Shown: positions 1 to 13,365 of the stretch, one piece after another | Layout: the number at the start of each line of letters is the position of its first letter | How positions within the stretch are numbered: the stretch's first letter is position 1 | Assembly: GCF_009914755.1 (NCBI RefSeq) | Contig: NC_060933.1 | DNA from: the human T2T-CHM13v2.0 reference genome, Homo sapiens | Length of the DNA: 64,000 nt | Reading direction: 5' to 3' (one strand) | Made by a program: the position numbers and the translations under genes | Notes under the pieces: model-generated | The model's database searches: none | What the model was told of the DNA's origin: nothing | What the model saw: only the letters and a program-made list of their open reading frames with translations

Positions 1-1819
1 CAGGAGTGTGCGCGTACTCATGAGTACTGCTCTGGGTGGTGTGTTTGCACACTTCCGGGCTTGTACACCACACCTGTGCATGCAGGAGTGTGTGCACACA
101 GGCATGTTTGTGAGGGCCCAGTACAGCATCTCTAGGGACCACCGGTCATTGCTGTGGGTCCTTCCCTCTCAGCCCCAGAAGGTTCACCAGTGGCCCAGAC
201 TTCTCTATGCAGGAGACACTGTGTGGACATTGAGGTCCTGGCCTCCCCTGGGGTCTTGCTGGGCCTCAAGGTGCCACTGGGAAAGGGGATCGCAGCCTCA
301 GACAGGAAGGCTCGGCTGGGGTAAGGGGTGTGATGAACTTTGGGATGGCCAAGGGGCTACCAGGGAAGTGCCCTCTCTGCCTGAGACCTCATCACAGAGT
401 GAGTACAGACATGAATAGAATTGGGGTGTCCTGGGGCCTTGGAGCCCTATCCCTAGCCCTCAAGGGAGGGCTGGCAGCCCACGGTGGCCTCCTCCACCCA
501 CTGCTGCCCTTCATGGAGGAGTCAATAAAGGCCCTGCCGGGATGGCACCAACATGTTTACTTCCCGCCCATGGTGCTAAATTTGTCCCTGGTGTACAAGG
601 ACGCTCAGTCTCATCAAAGGCCAAGAGCCTGCACCTGGAGCTCCTCCCAGCCAGTGCCGCAGCCACGGGGTGGGGCTGGCACCCAAGCCTCTCCTCCCCC
701 AGGGAAAGACCAGAGACAGCCATCACCCCACTGGGCCGAGGCCTGCACGCGGCTGCTCTGGTTCTTTTCTGAGGGCCGGCAGAGGCAGCCGCAGCCTTTT
801 GGAGCCTCTAGCATCAGGCAGGGCTGTGCTGAAATCCAGGATGGGGGCTTTGGGCAGCTTGCTTCACCTCTTGGTGCCTCAGTTTCTCCACCCCTGCCTT
901 GGAGGCTTGAGGACAGGCACCCGTGTCCATGGCGTGGCGGAGCTTGGCCATGGTGTGTGCTCTGTATGAGCGGCCCAGGCTGAGGCTGCTGGGGCTTGGG
1001 TGCCTCCAAGTTGCTCCTGGAGAAGGGGCAGGAGGGCAGCCTGGGAGTCCCTTCCACTCTGGGCCTGGGGTTCCTCTGCCAGGGCTGGGGAGGAGTCAGT
1101 GAGACGGGGCGGCCACCAGACAAATGCGCAGTGGACAACCGCACGTTGCGTGAATGCGTGAGCTCAGGCTCACCGGGCACCTGTGACAGGCTGGCTGCTG
1201 TCGTCCTCGGGACCCAGGCTCCACGTCTCCGTCTGTAGGCTGCCTCATTCCGGCCACCAGGACTCCAATAGTTACATCTGGAGTGCCCCTCCCCACACCC
1301 ACCGTGAACCGTTCCTGAAATGCAACACTGCCCAGGACACATGTGCAGGTGGAGTGTGGCCAAACCCACGGGCCTGTCCTTGCCTTCTGAGTGTGGACCA
1401 GCCAGTGTGGACCGCCCGGATTCCTCCGGGCAAGGTGGCATCCGATGGGGCGCCTCCCTCCATTCCTGCGATGCTGAGCTCCAAGCTCACGCTGTGGATG
1501 GAGCTTTGGTGGACACCCCGTCCCCGATGGGGGCTTTGGGCACCTTGGTTTCCCCACCCCTGCCTTCAAGGCCTGGAAGAGACATCTGTGGCCACGGCGT
1601 GGTTGGAGCTTGGCTGTGGTGTGTGCTCCGTACCCAGCCCTCCCCTGCAGGACCCAGGGCCATCCCGGTGGGACCCGGGGATGCCCAGAGGGTTGAGGGG
1701 CCTGGCTCCAGGTGCCTAAGCCTGAGGCCAGCGTCTGGGACTGGGCCTTTCTGACAGTACAGGCCTCAGCCCCTCAGCACCCCCGCCCTCCCCGGTCCTT
1801 GCGGCCCCTCTCCATTTCA

Positions 1820-1960
1820 GCCCCTGTCCTTGTCACCATCTGGGTCCCTCTCTCTTGCCTACTCCATGTAGGTTACAAGGGCAGGGATCCCGTCTGTGTG
1901 GTTCACTGTGGGTCCCCAGCTACTGCAGGTGGCTGCCAAAAACTGGCTAAATGAATGAAC
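1820..1960 (+). mobile_element. L2 3' end fragment
   Basis: AGGGCAGGGA...GTTCACTG... ending in AAATGAATGAA, typical of the L2 terminus. Confidence 0.55.
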
Positions 1961-4054
1961 GAAGGAAGGAAGGATTAATGGGCATGTCTGAGTCTGGAGC
2001 TTGGCTCTCCTGTGCTGTCTCTCAGTTCCCTCTGGGGCCTGACCTTCACCTTCAGCAGAGCAGCAGCTCCGGGTCTCCATGCGGTCACCACTCACCCCTG
2101 CGGCTCAGGCCCAGCCACCTCTGGGAAGCACACCCTCACCACCCCGGCAGTCCCAGGCCCTGGTCTCTGCTGCAGGTCGTTCCACCGCCTTGTCCTTGCA
2201 GTGCAGGCTGGGGCTCCTGGAGGGGGGACTATCCTTGTGGTTACCTTTGTCTTCATCTCCACTCCCCCCACAAAGCACCTGTGTGAGCCAGGCCTTGGAG
2301 GTAGCACGCGGGGAGAAGGGCAGGGCACGAGGTGGCCTGACGCTGCTGGACTCTGAAGTCTGTGCTCACCCCAAACACATGGCCAGGTCTGCAGTAAACC
2401 CCGAGGCACCCGAGCTAGAGCAAAGACTGGCAGGGTGGCTTCTGGAGGGGTGAAGCCAACTGGAGCTGGGCCTGGAAGGATAAGGGCGTTCCTAGGGACC
2501 CAGATAAAGGGGTTGGGGGAACTTGGGTGCAAAGGCAGGGAGACGGAGGGCTCAGTGACAGCCAGGACCCGGGGGGTGGCTGGGGCAGGCTCTGGCAGCC
2601 TCCAAAGCCATGGGAAGGAGCAGATGTCCCCAGGACCCCCACACCTGACGCAGCCGTAAGGGGCTGGTGGAGAGGAACCCTGGCCTCAGCCCCACCCGCA
2701 GGGGCTGCTTCTGCCCACGCCCTGCCCCCTCCACAGGCTTCTGTCTCTGCTTCCGTAGACTCTGTTGGCTCAGACTGCAGCCCTCGCCCTGCGCCAACCC
2801 CCCCAACCCAAAGTGGAAACAGATGTGTCTGTTCACGCACACGGAAACGCACACACAAGCCGCCTTCACGTCCAAATCCCCATTTCTGGGGAGAAAAATA
2901 CAAGTGACAATAAGTATAAAGAGACGAAAAAATTTCCATTTCAAACAAGTGAAAGCAGTTTGCACTCCAGTGAGCCCGGGAGGAAGCGAGCAGCTGGCGG
3001 GGGAAACAACACAGCGCCAGCTTCCCAGCAAGCCTCCGCGGGGCCTGGTCCTGGCTGGTGCGCGGGTGTGGCCCGGGGGCTGGTCCGGGGCTGTCTCTTG
3101 CTCCGTCTGGGCATCACTTTGATTTCCAAGTCAGTTTGCTCCATCCACTGAGCTGGCTCAGGGAGCTCCTGCCGAGTGGGTGGTCCCCTTTCCCGGGCCA
3201 CCTGTGAGGAATGTGAGTTGGAGGTCGAGTGTGCTGAGGCAGTGACATGGCCTGGGGTCCACACAGATGCCACCAGGCAGCTCGGGCCTCGCCTGGGCGG
3301 CTCCTCGGCCTTCCCTGGCCGGCGCACTGCAGCTTTGTCCACCCAGCGCCAGAGAGGGCTCCAGCGGGCGGGGCTGGGGCTGCGCTTTGCATCCGGAACA
3401 GACACGCTGCCTGCCTGTGGCCACCTCTCCTTCCCAGCCTGGCCGCAGCTGCGATGAACTCCTGGTGAACGTGGAGGGCTTCATAGGGCTGGCTTCCCCG
3501 GAAGCTCTCTGAGGACACTCCTTTCCTCGTGGCACCTCCAGGGGGTCGGGGTGTTTGCTGGGCTCCGCCTGAGCTGATCGGACCACAGTGAAAATGAGTG
3601 AGGGCACGGGTGGAACCCAGCAAACACCCCGACCTCCTGGGGGTGCCGCGAGGAAAGGAGTGTACTTGATAGGCCGTGTGCGTAACACGCTCAGGGCGAC
3701 CTCTGGAACCCTAACCCTGGCTGGAAATGGAGCTTCCGGATGACTCTCGGGATTGTTTTCACAGACACCTGATCCCTGAGGACCTGACCCCTCCAGGTGG
3801 AGGCGGGTGACCTGGGTGGAGAGGGCCGGTTTCCACCGTTAGGAAGGGGTGGTCACACGGCGTGAGACGGGCTCGCTCCCCGGCCTTGGTGTGCCCAGAG
3901 GTAACTGAGACCACTCTCCAAGTCAGTGGTTCCAAGCAGAGAGGGATTCTCCCAGGGAATCTTTCAGGCAGCCCCAAACGTGGAGCACACAGATGAGGCT
4001 CCCCGCAGGTGGGGGTGGTGGGGGGCAGGGCCTTGCCCGGTGCACAGGCCAGCG

Positions 4055-4211
4055 GTCCACATTAGGGAAGGCAATCTGCTTTACTCTGCCTACTGAAATG
4101 TCAGTCTCTTCCAAAAACACCTTGAAGAAACAACCAGGGTAATATCTGACCCAGTATCTGTGCGCTGTGTGGCCTGGACAGGCTGGTTGACGCCTAAAGT
4201 GAAGCAACACA
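4055..4211 (-). mobile_element. MLT2 (ERVL) LTR 5' fragment
   Basis: CCACATTAGGGAAGGCAATCTGCTTTACTC...AAACACC... is the reverse complement of the MLT2 LTR start. Confidence 0.75.
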
Positions 4212-4653
4212 CTTAGCTTTGCGATTGGATGACACAAACCCTCTCCCCGCCCGAGGCCCTCACCAATGCCGACGCCGCCCCACATCCCATCCCTTACCAT
4301 CAGACAAGTGATTTTCTGAGGCGGACGATGGTGAAGACTTTGGGGGCCTTTACCTGCCTCTCGTGGCCACTTTTGTGATGCCTCGTAGTCCTCAGCTCCT
4401 GAAGACATGAACTCACGCACAGCCCAGGTGACTGACTGAGAGCTCGTTAGGAAGAAATCCTAAATCCCCCGAGGTGCCAGCCAGGAATGCGCCTGCCCCC
4501 GTGGGTGGAGAGAGGAGGGAGGTTCCTCGGGAGGGCAGCGTCCTCTGGGGAACGGGTCTGGCAGACACAGTCAGGTGTCCTCTCTGCTCTGCTCCCCTTC
4601 TTGCCACGCCCCCGCCGCTGCCCAGTCCGAGTGCCCACACCCAGGACTCCACT

Positions 4654-4851
4654 GGCCTCCAGCTCCCCTCTATCTCCACCAGCCTCCAGGTCCCCTCTAT
4701 CTCCACCGGCCTCCAGGTCCCCTCTATCTCCACCGGCCTCCAGCTCTCCTCTATCTCCGCCGGCCTCCAGCTCCCCTCTATCTCCACCGGCCTCCAGCTC
4801 CCCTCTATCTCCACCGGCCTCCAGCTCCCCTCTATCTCCACCGGCCTCCAG
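4654..4851. repeat. 27-bp minisatellite, ~7.3 copies (GGCCTCCAGCTCCCCTCTATCTCCACC)
   Basis: Directly visible, near-identical tandem units. Confidence 0.95.
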
Positions 4852-4884
4852 GGCTTCTTCACACCCGACCATGGCCTGCCTCCC

Positions 4885-5110
4885 AGTCCTTCCGTGGCTC
4901 CACATTGCCCTGGATAAAACCCAGACTCAATGTGACTGACCAGACCCTGTGGGATTCGACTGTGCCCCTCCTGCACCCACTCCAACTCTGCCCACCAGCC
5001 AGACAAAGCCACCTGCTGCTTAGGATGGGCAGCGATGGGCAGCGTCCTTTCCAGCCCTTGCACCGGCCATTCCCTCTGCCTGGGATACCCTCCCTGCTCT
5101 CCTGACCCCA
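4885..5110 (+). mobile_element. L2 fragment
   Basis: CCTTCCGTGGCTCC..CATTGCCCTGGATAAAACCCA and TTCCCTCTGCCTGG resemble L2. Confidence 0.5.
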
Positions 5111-5199
5111 GTCATCCTTTAGGCTGTTACTGCTTCTGACCTCCCAGGCCTGGTAGGGGCCTTGCTTGGAACTCTTGTTGCCCCTGACACATCACATCC

Positions 5200-5371
5200 A
5201 CTTACAAGGACAGGGGTCATATCAAATTAGGCCTCCCCAACACCAGCATGACCTTATTTTAATGAGTCACACCTGCCATGACCCTATTCCCAAATAAGAG
5301 CACAGTCTGAGGTGCTGGGGGTAGCGGCTGCAACGTATCTTTTGCCAGGGAGCAAAGGCACCCCCATAACA
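5200..5371 (-). mobile_element. MLT1 (MaLR) LTR fragment
   Basis: GACCCTATTCCCAAATAAG..CACAGTCTGAGGTGCTGGGGGT...CCCATAACA is the reverse complement of an MLT1B/C-type 5' end. Confidence 0.7.
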
Positions 5372-7087
5372 GGTGGTTTTGAGGGTGAAAGTGCAAATGT
5401 TCACAAAAGCATTGCCCTGACCTGGTTCTAGACCTGGGAGGGGGAGCTGGGGGTGTCACCGTGTGGTTCCGCTTCCTGATGGGCCACGTGGCTTCGTCTC
5501 CTGGGGGTGGCACTGGGAGACTCCTGGGGAGCACCCACCTCCAGGCAGCTCTGCCTTTTCCCCAGCACCAGGACGCAGACCCCGGCTGCCCATGCGCCAC
5601 TCCCTACCGGCTGCTGGGACCCATCTCTGATGCTCCATCTTTGCAAAACCAGCAGGACGGTGCCTTGCACCCCTCCCCCGAGGTGCAGCTGGAGTCTGCA
5701 GCCCTGCCCTGGGTCTGCAGCCCACCTGGCTTGGCGCTGGACACCGCCTCTGTAAGGAGCTGGGAGGCAGGCACTCCTCTGGTGCTGAGGCTGCTGTGGT
5801 ATTTGAGGGTGCAAAGGCCGGTGGCGGGGGGGGGGCAGGCCCAGGGGAGGTGCGGTGTCTGCGGGTGCATCTTCTTCCCACAGTCCCCCCACTGAGCTCC
5901 GCCTTCCCTGGCCCAGGAGCCATGGCCCCCAAGTCCCTTTCATCTTCCCTGTTCCAGGGCTCGGGGACGAAGGACAAACAAAGGCGTCTGCGGTATCATT
6001 TTTCTCCCGGTTCACCCTCTGGCCCACCCTTTTCTTCCTTTTATAATGTATTTTAATAGGGTCGACCAAGACGGATGGCCCCGAACTGGGATGGGCGGCG
6101 CCTGTCCCCGCCCGCCCCGGCCCCTGAGCCTGGCACTGTGTGCCTGGAGCCAGGACGGACAAAGCCAGCAGGAGGAGGAGCGCGCGGGGGCTGGAGGCAG
6201 GGCGCCCGCTCACTGCCCTGGGGTCTCCTTGAGGACCTGGTCTGTGGCTTCCTGGGGTGCTGGACCCTAATTCCAAACTGCCCCCTGCTCCTGCCTGCCC
6301 CAGTAGGGCCCCCCAGCAGTCAAGAAGGCCATATACGGGGCTAGGGAGTCTGGCCCCATGCCCAGCCTTAGTGTGGGAGCCACAGAGGGGACCCCCAAGC
6401 CCACCACGTTCCCTGGCTGAGAGGTGGACGGACACACAGCACACCCACACGAGTCTTTGTTCTTTTTAGGATGCATGTGATCTCTTATTTAAGCTGTAGT
6501 GGGCTCCTCATCCACTCCTCGTGTTCCTTCCCCATCAACTCAATTATTCACATCCCTGTTAATGACACAGATGTCATTATCCCCATTTCACAGATAAAGA
6601 AACTGAGGAGCAGGGATTGAACAGCCGGTGAAAGGCCGAGGCAGCATCCCAGCCCCCAGCCCCTCAGAGGGGCAGCAAGAAGGATTCACCGCACTCTTCA
6701 AGTCCAGGGCCTTCAGCCTCCCAGGCCCGAGGGCCTCTGCTGTGCAGTGCTAGGGGCAAGTGGGCCTCCCTGACCCTTGGCTTCTTGGAGTCTTTGGCAG
6801 TGTCATGTAACCCCACCCCTCATGGGGAGGCTGAGGCTGGGAAGGACCGGGGACCCGCCCACCACACCTTTGAGTATCAGGAAAATGGGGCTTGAAATGG
6901 CGGCTCACGTTTCTGGGCCGACCCTGCCTCTTGCTCCAGGAAAGAAACTACTTTTGAAAATCCAAAGGGCTGTCCGCAAAGAGGTCAAGTCACACATGAA
7001 ACCAAATCCAAATGGAAACACAGGGATTGATGTTTCCCTTAACAAGAGACTTGTTCCTCAAGTTTTCCCTTCCTGGCGTGTGGGGGT

Positions 7088-8372
<1,285 letters not shown>

Positions 8373-8764
8373 GGGCAGCTGTGGTCAGCCAGGGCAACAT
8401 TCTGTTCTCTGGTGCTTTTGAAAGTGGGGTGCAGGTGCAGCCCTGGCTCAGCCCCTGGAAGGGAGCTTGTGTCAGGAGTGAGGCAGGACTCTTGGATGAT
8501 GGTCTTGGAATCTCAGAAGCTCACAGCTGGAACAGGCCTTCTAAGCTCAACTCCTTAATTTTGCAAATGGAAGACTGAGGCCCAGAAAGGGATGGCGGCT
8601 CCATGGAGTTTTGAATTCCCACCCCTCGGTCCTGAGCTCTTTTCCCAAAGATTGTGGTGGAAGCTGTGTTGATGGGTGTTCTAACCGGTTCATCTGAATT
8701 CCTCGAATGTGGATTCCAATCCTTCATCTCACATGTGCCATAGGTTTGCATTCGAGTATATACA

Positions 8765-9280
8765 AGTTATCAATTGATGAATAAGAAGTTATCCCCCAAC
8801 ACGTAGTGGCTGTAATAAAACCAACAATAACCATTTATAATCTTCCACAGTTTCTATAGGTCAGGAACTGGGGAGCAGCTTAGCTGGGCAGATCTAGCTT
8901 GGAGTTTCTCGAGAGGCTGCAGTCAACATATTGGCTGGGCTAACAGGACTTGATGGAACTGGAAGATCCAGTTCCAAGGGGCTCACCCGCATCTCTGGCA
9001 GACTGGTGCTGGCTGTTGGCAGGAGTCACCAGTTCCTCCCCGTGTGGACCTCTCCACAGAGCTGCTTGAGTGTCCTTACATGGCAGCCAGCTTCCCCCAG
9101 ATCACATGACCTGAGAGAGGGCAAGGCAGAAGCCATGAGGTCTTTTATGACCTAGCTTCAGAAGACACACAAGGCATTTCCACAGCGTGCTATTGGTTAC
9201 ACAGGTTGCGGGGCCATCCATGGGCACGAACACCAGGAGGTGGGGATCACTGGGGGCCATCTCGGCATCTGCCTACTACA
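8765..9280 (-). mobile_element. MLT1F-like MaLR LTR
   Basis: GTCTTTTATGACCTAGC..AGAAG, CTATTGGTTACACAG and ACCAGGAGGTGGGGATCACTGGGGGCCATCT...CTACTACA. Confidence 0.8.
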
Positions 9281-9635
9281 AGCATGAACTTATTAAGTTT
9301 ACATTTAAAGATAAACTCTTTCTGGAGTCGGTGAGTGCAAACTCTCAAGCCTTTGCTGTTGCTGTTTTTAGTTCTTCCAAATAAATTGATGATAATTCCC
9401 GGTGATTGCCCACACTGCACCAAATCTTGTGGGCATCTGTCTGCCCAAGGCAGTATTTTAAAAGCTGCCTAACACTGTCTCTTTAGCAGGCGGGGAAGCT
9501 GACAAACCTGGGTACTGAAGGCAAAAATGTCCCCACGCACAACCTGTCCCTCCCACAACGGCTCACACAGGACAATAAAGATGGAAGCAGATTGTGGCAC
9601 TGGTGCTCGTGGGATGGTCAATGCCATCATAATCA

Positions 9636-9922
<287 letters not shown>

Positions 9923-10504
9923 AAAAAGAAAGAAAGGAAGAGAGGAAGAAAGGAAGAAAAGAAAGAAAGAATAAGAAAGAAAGAAAGAAAGAGTGGAAGG
10001 AAGGAAGAAGGGAGGGAGGGAGAAAGGGAGAACAGGGATGGGAGGGGAGGGGAAGGGAGGGGAAGGGAGGGGGGAAAGGAAGGAGAAAGAGATAAAAGGA
10101 AGGAAGGTAGGAAGAAGGGAGGGAGGGAGAAAGGGAGGAGAGGGGAGGGGAAGGGAGGGGAGAAAGGAAGGAAGGAGAAAGAAAAGGAAGGAAGGAAAGA
10201 GAGAGAGAAACAGAAAGAAAGAAAGGAAGGAAGGGAGAGAGGGAGGGAGGAAAAGGAAGGAAGGAAAAAGAGAGAAGGAAAGAGAGCGAGAGAGGGAGGG
10301 AGGGAGGGGGAGGGAGGGAAGGAAGGAAAGAAGGAAGGGAGGAAGGAAGGGAGGGAGGGAGAAAGGGAGAGGAGGGGAAGGGAAGGGAGGGGAGAAAGGA
10401 AGGAAGGAGAGGGAAAGAGAAAAGGAAGGAGAGAGAAAGAGAGAAAAGGCAGGAAAGAAAGAGAGAGAAAGAAAGAGAATGAAATGAAAAAGAAAGAAAG
10501 AAAG
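9923..10504. repeat. Polypurine (GAAA/GGAA/GGGA)n tract, ~580 bp
   Basis: Almost exclusively A and G on the + strand. Confidence 0.95.
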
Positions 10505-11199
10505 CTGACTGAGCCACAGGTCATCCTTGGCCTCTTGGGAGCCTCCTCCCTGACCTCCATGTGGCTCTGTGGCCTTGGAGGCTGACCCTTAGGGACTGAA
10601 CGAAGAGCTCAGCCCTCCAGCCTCGGAGAGGCGTGTCAGGTATGGTCAGGGTATTGATTTCTCCAGCTCCCTCTCTGAGAGGTCACCTTGGGCGAGCTGC
10701 ATCATACCCCCTGCCAGTGTCCCCTCCCTGCCCTGTGTCTCTGGGCTCAGGTCACTGCCTCCTCCCATTCCCCCGGCAAGCCTGCGGAGAACAGTCCCTC
10801 TTTTCTATCACAGCCTTGGGCAGGGCCCAGGCCTTGCAGTTTACCTGCACCCATCACCAACGCTGCCTTCACCAGCACACCTCCAGTTCCTCTCTGTGAG
10901 GGTGCCAGAGGTTGGGGACCCTGACCGCATCTCAGGGGGAAAAATGGGCACGGGGCAGTTGACAAATGGACCCTGCTCAGATAAATTCTGTCAGTCTGCA
11001 GGGGGATGCCTGGTTATGATCGGTTTTGTGGATGGTGAGAATATGAGAAAAGGTTCACAGGCCTGAGTCATAAAAGAACTGAAAACCAATCCTCAAGAAA
11101 ACACCAACAAATAGCTCTCAAGAATACCACAAAGGTGGCAGCCAGGCCCTTCCTGAGCTCACCAGGCTGCGGGGACGCAGTGAACACACCTCTGACTTA

Positions 11200-11760
11200 C
11201 AGTTTCCTGGCCGGGGAGTCATGCAAAGAAAACAGCCCAGAACCCACAGAGGTGTATGGACAAGGGTATTCGTCAGAGGAGTTATCTTAGGGAGGAGCCG
11301 GGTTAATTGCTATAAATCTGTCTGCCAGACCCCGTTGCTACCATTACCAATGAGAGCTTACGGGTATTTAATGGGACAATAAAATGTGCCTAATTGAAAA
11401 TTAATTGAAAAATACTTATTAAGTTAATAATTTGATGGAAAATGTACAATCATAATTAATAATTAAATAATCAAATTAAATTAATAATTTAATTGAAAAA
11501 CAGGGTAGAAAGTGGTAAATATAGTATGATCTGAATTAAGTAAAAAAATTTATGAATTTATTCATGATAAAAAAGGCTAACAGGAAATGAAACAAAGCAC
11601 AAATAATGGTTATTTCTTCATGGTGAGATCACTGGTATTTTTCTTTTGTCTCTTATCCTTTATTTATTTTTGTTTTTTTTGTGTGTGTGTGTTTCTTATG
11701 CTTTACTTTTAAAAATTTTCTAAGCTTTCTCAAATGAATTTCTTTTTTCATTTAAAGGGG
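11200..11760 (+). mobile_element. Diverged L1MC/L1ME-type 3' end with AT-rich segment
   Basis: ATATAGTATGATC, AGGAAATGAAACAAA...ATGGTTATTTCT..TGGTGAGAT..TGGTATTTTT resemble old L1 3' UTR. Confidence 0.5.
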
Positions 11761-12234
11761 AAAGGACTTTAAAATTCATGCCTCCTGGGACAACATACGT
11801 AAAAAGGCCCACTTCAGACAGATGACCTAACGTGATGAAGATAATACCTCTTGCACCTGTGCCGTGTACCCTAGTTTACCAATGCCTTGCCCCGCAGAGT
11901 CCCAAGGAAAGACTCTGACAGAGGCTCCAGAGAGGTGGTGACAGGTGACCAAGAGCTGAATCAAAACTAAGGAAGCAGGGCTGGACCACGAGGGATGGAT
12001 GGGGCAGGCTTAGTTTAGCTCTGGGCAGATAAAGCCCTGTAAGCATGGTCAAGAGGGTGACCGCATGGACCATAAACGAAGAACGGCTTTAGGGGAGATG
12101 GCGGGAAGTGAAGGTGTGTGGATGGATGGGGCTTTGCTGTGAAGGTGGTACAGCTGGAACTTCTGCAACCTCACTTGTCGCAGGGCCTTCCTGCAAGGCC
12201 GTAGACCTAATTTTAGATTCCTAAGTTAGTATCC

Positions 12235-12525
12235 TTTTTTGTTGAGACGGAGTCTCGCTCTGTCGCCCAGGCTGGAGTGCAGTGGTGCGCTCTCGGCTCA
12301 CTGGAAGCTCCGCCTCCCGGGTTCACGCCATTCTCCTGCCTCAGCCTCCTGAGTAGCTGGGACTACAGGCGCCCTCCACCATGCCTGGCTAATTTTTTTG
12401 TATTTTTAGTAAAGATGGGGTTTCACCATGTTAGCCAGGATGGTCTCCATCTCCTGACCTCGTGATCCACCCACCTTGGCCTCCCAAAGTGCTGGGATTA
12501 TAGGTGTGAGCCACCGCGCCTGGCC
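12235..12525 (-). mobile_element. AluY/Sc-type
   Basis: AAGCTCCGCCTCCCGGGTTCACGCCATTCT, AGGATGGTCTC and GACCTCGTGATCC diagnostics. Confidence 0.93.
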
Positions 12526-12822
12526 TTTTTTTTTTTTTTTGAGACGGGTTTCACTCTTGTCGCCCCAGACTGGAGTCCAATGGCAAGATCTCAGCTCACT
12601 GCAACCTCCACCTCCAGGTTCAAGTAAATCTCTTGACTCAGCCTCCCGAGTAGCTGGGATTACAGGGGTCTGCCACCACGCCTGGCTAATTTTTGTATTT
12701 TCAGTAGAAACGAGATTTCGCCATGTTAGCCAGGCTGGTCTTGAACTCCTGACCTCAGGCGATCTGCCTGCCTTGGCCTCCCAAAGTGTTGGGATTACAG
12801 GCATGAGCCACGGCGCCTGGCC
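12526..12822 (-). mobile_element. AluS (tandem with the previous Alu)
   Basis: Poly-T plus full Alu dimer directly abutting the younger Alu. Confidence 0.93.
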
Positions 12823-13254
12823 AGTATTCATTTTCTTAAAGAGGCCTGCAGACTGAACAGGCTTTCTGTCTCTCCCAAATCTAGACCTGCCCTGACATAA
12901 ACACATCCGAGCTTCTGGTGCAGAATCCCTGGCTTAGGTGAGGCAGGTCCCGGGCACCGTCTCTGCCAGCACCCCTGTCCCTGCTCACCTCCGTCCTCAG
13001 CCCCCCTCCCCATGGCAGGACCTCCTAAAGCCTGGTCCGTTCCTCTCCCCTTCTGGATCTGGGCCTTCAACCATGTGGCTCCTTCAGCTGGAAACATGCT
13101 TCCCTTCTTTTTGCTTGGCTGCTCTGAGACTTATGCCATGCCCCTTCTTCAGAAGGCCTTCTCCCTTCTCAGCCTGAATTAGGCATCCCCTCTGCTGTCA
13201 CACCTCTTCCCCCAGCCTAACATTCACCACCTATCCCTGTAATTAATTGTCAAA

Positions 13255-13365
13255 CCGTCAGCCCCAGGGCAGGGACAGCCGCTGCCTCAGTCACTATTGT
13301 GTCCTCTGCGTCTGGCACTACCCCTGGCACATGAGAGATGCTCAACATTTTTCCTAAATAGACAG
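13255..13365 (+). mobile_element. L2 3' fragment
   Basis: AGGGCAGGGAC...CCTGGCACATGAGAGATGCTCAA. Confidence 0.5.
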
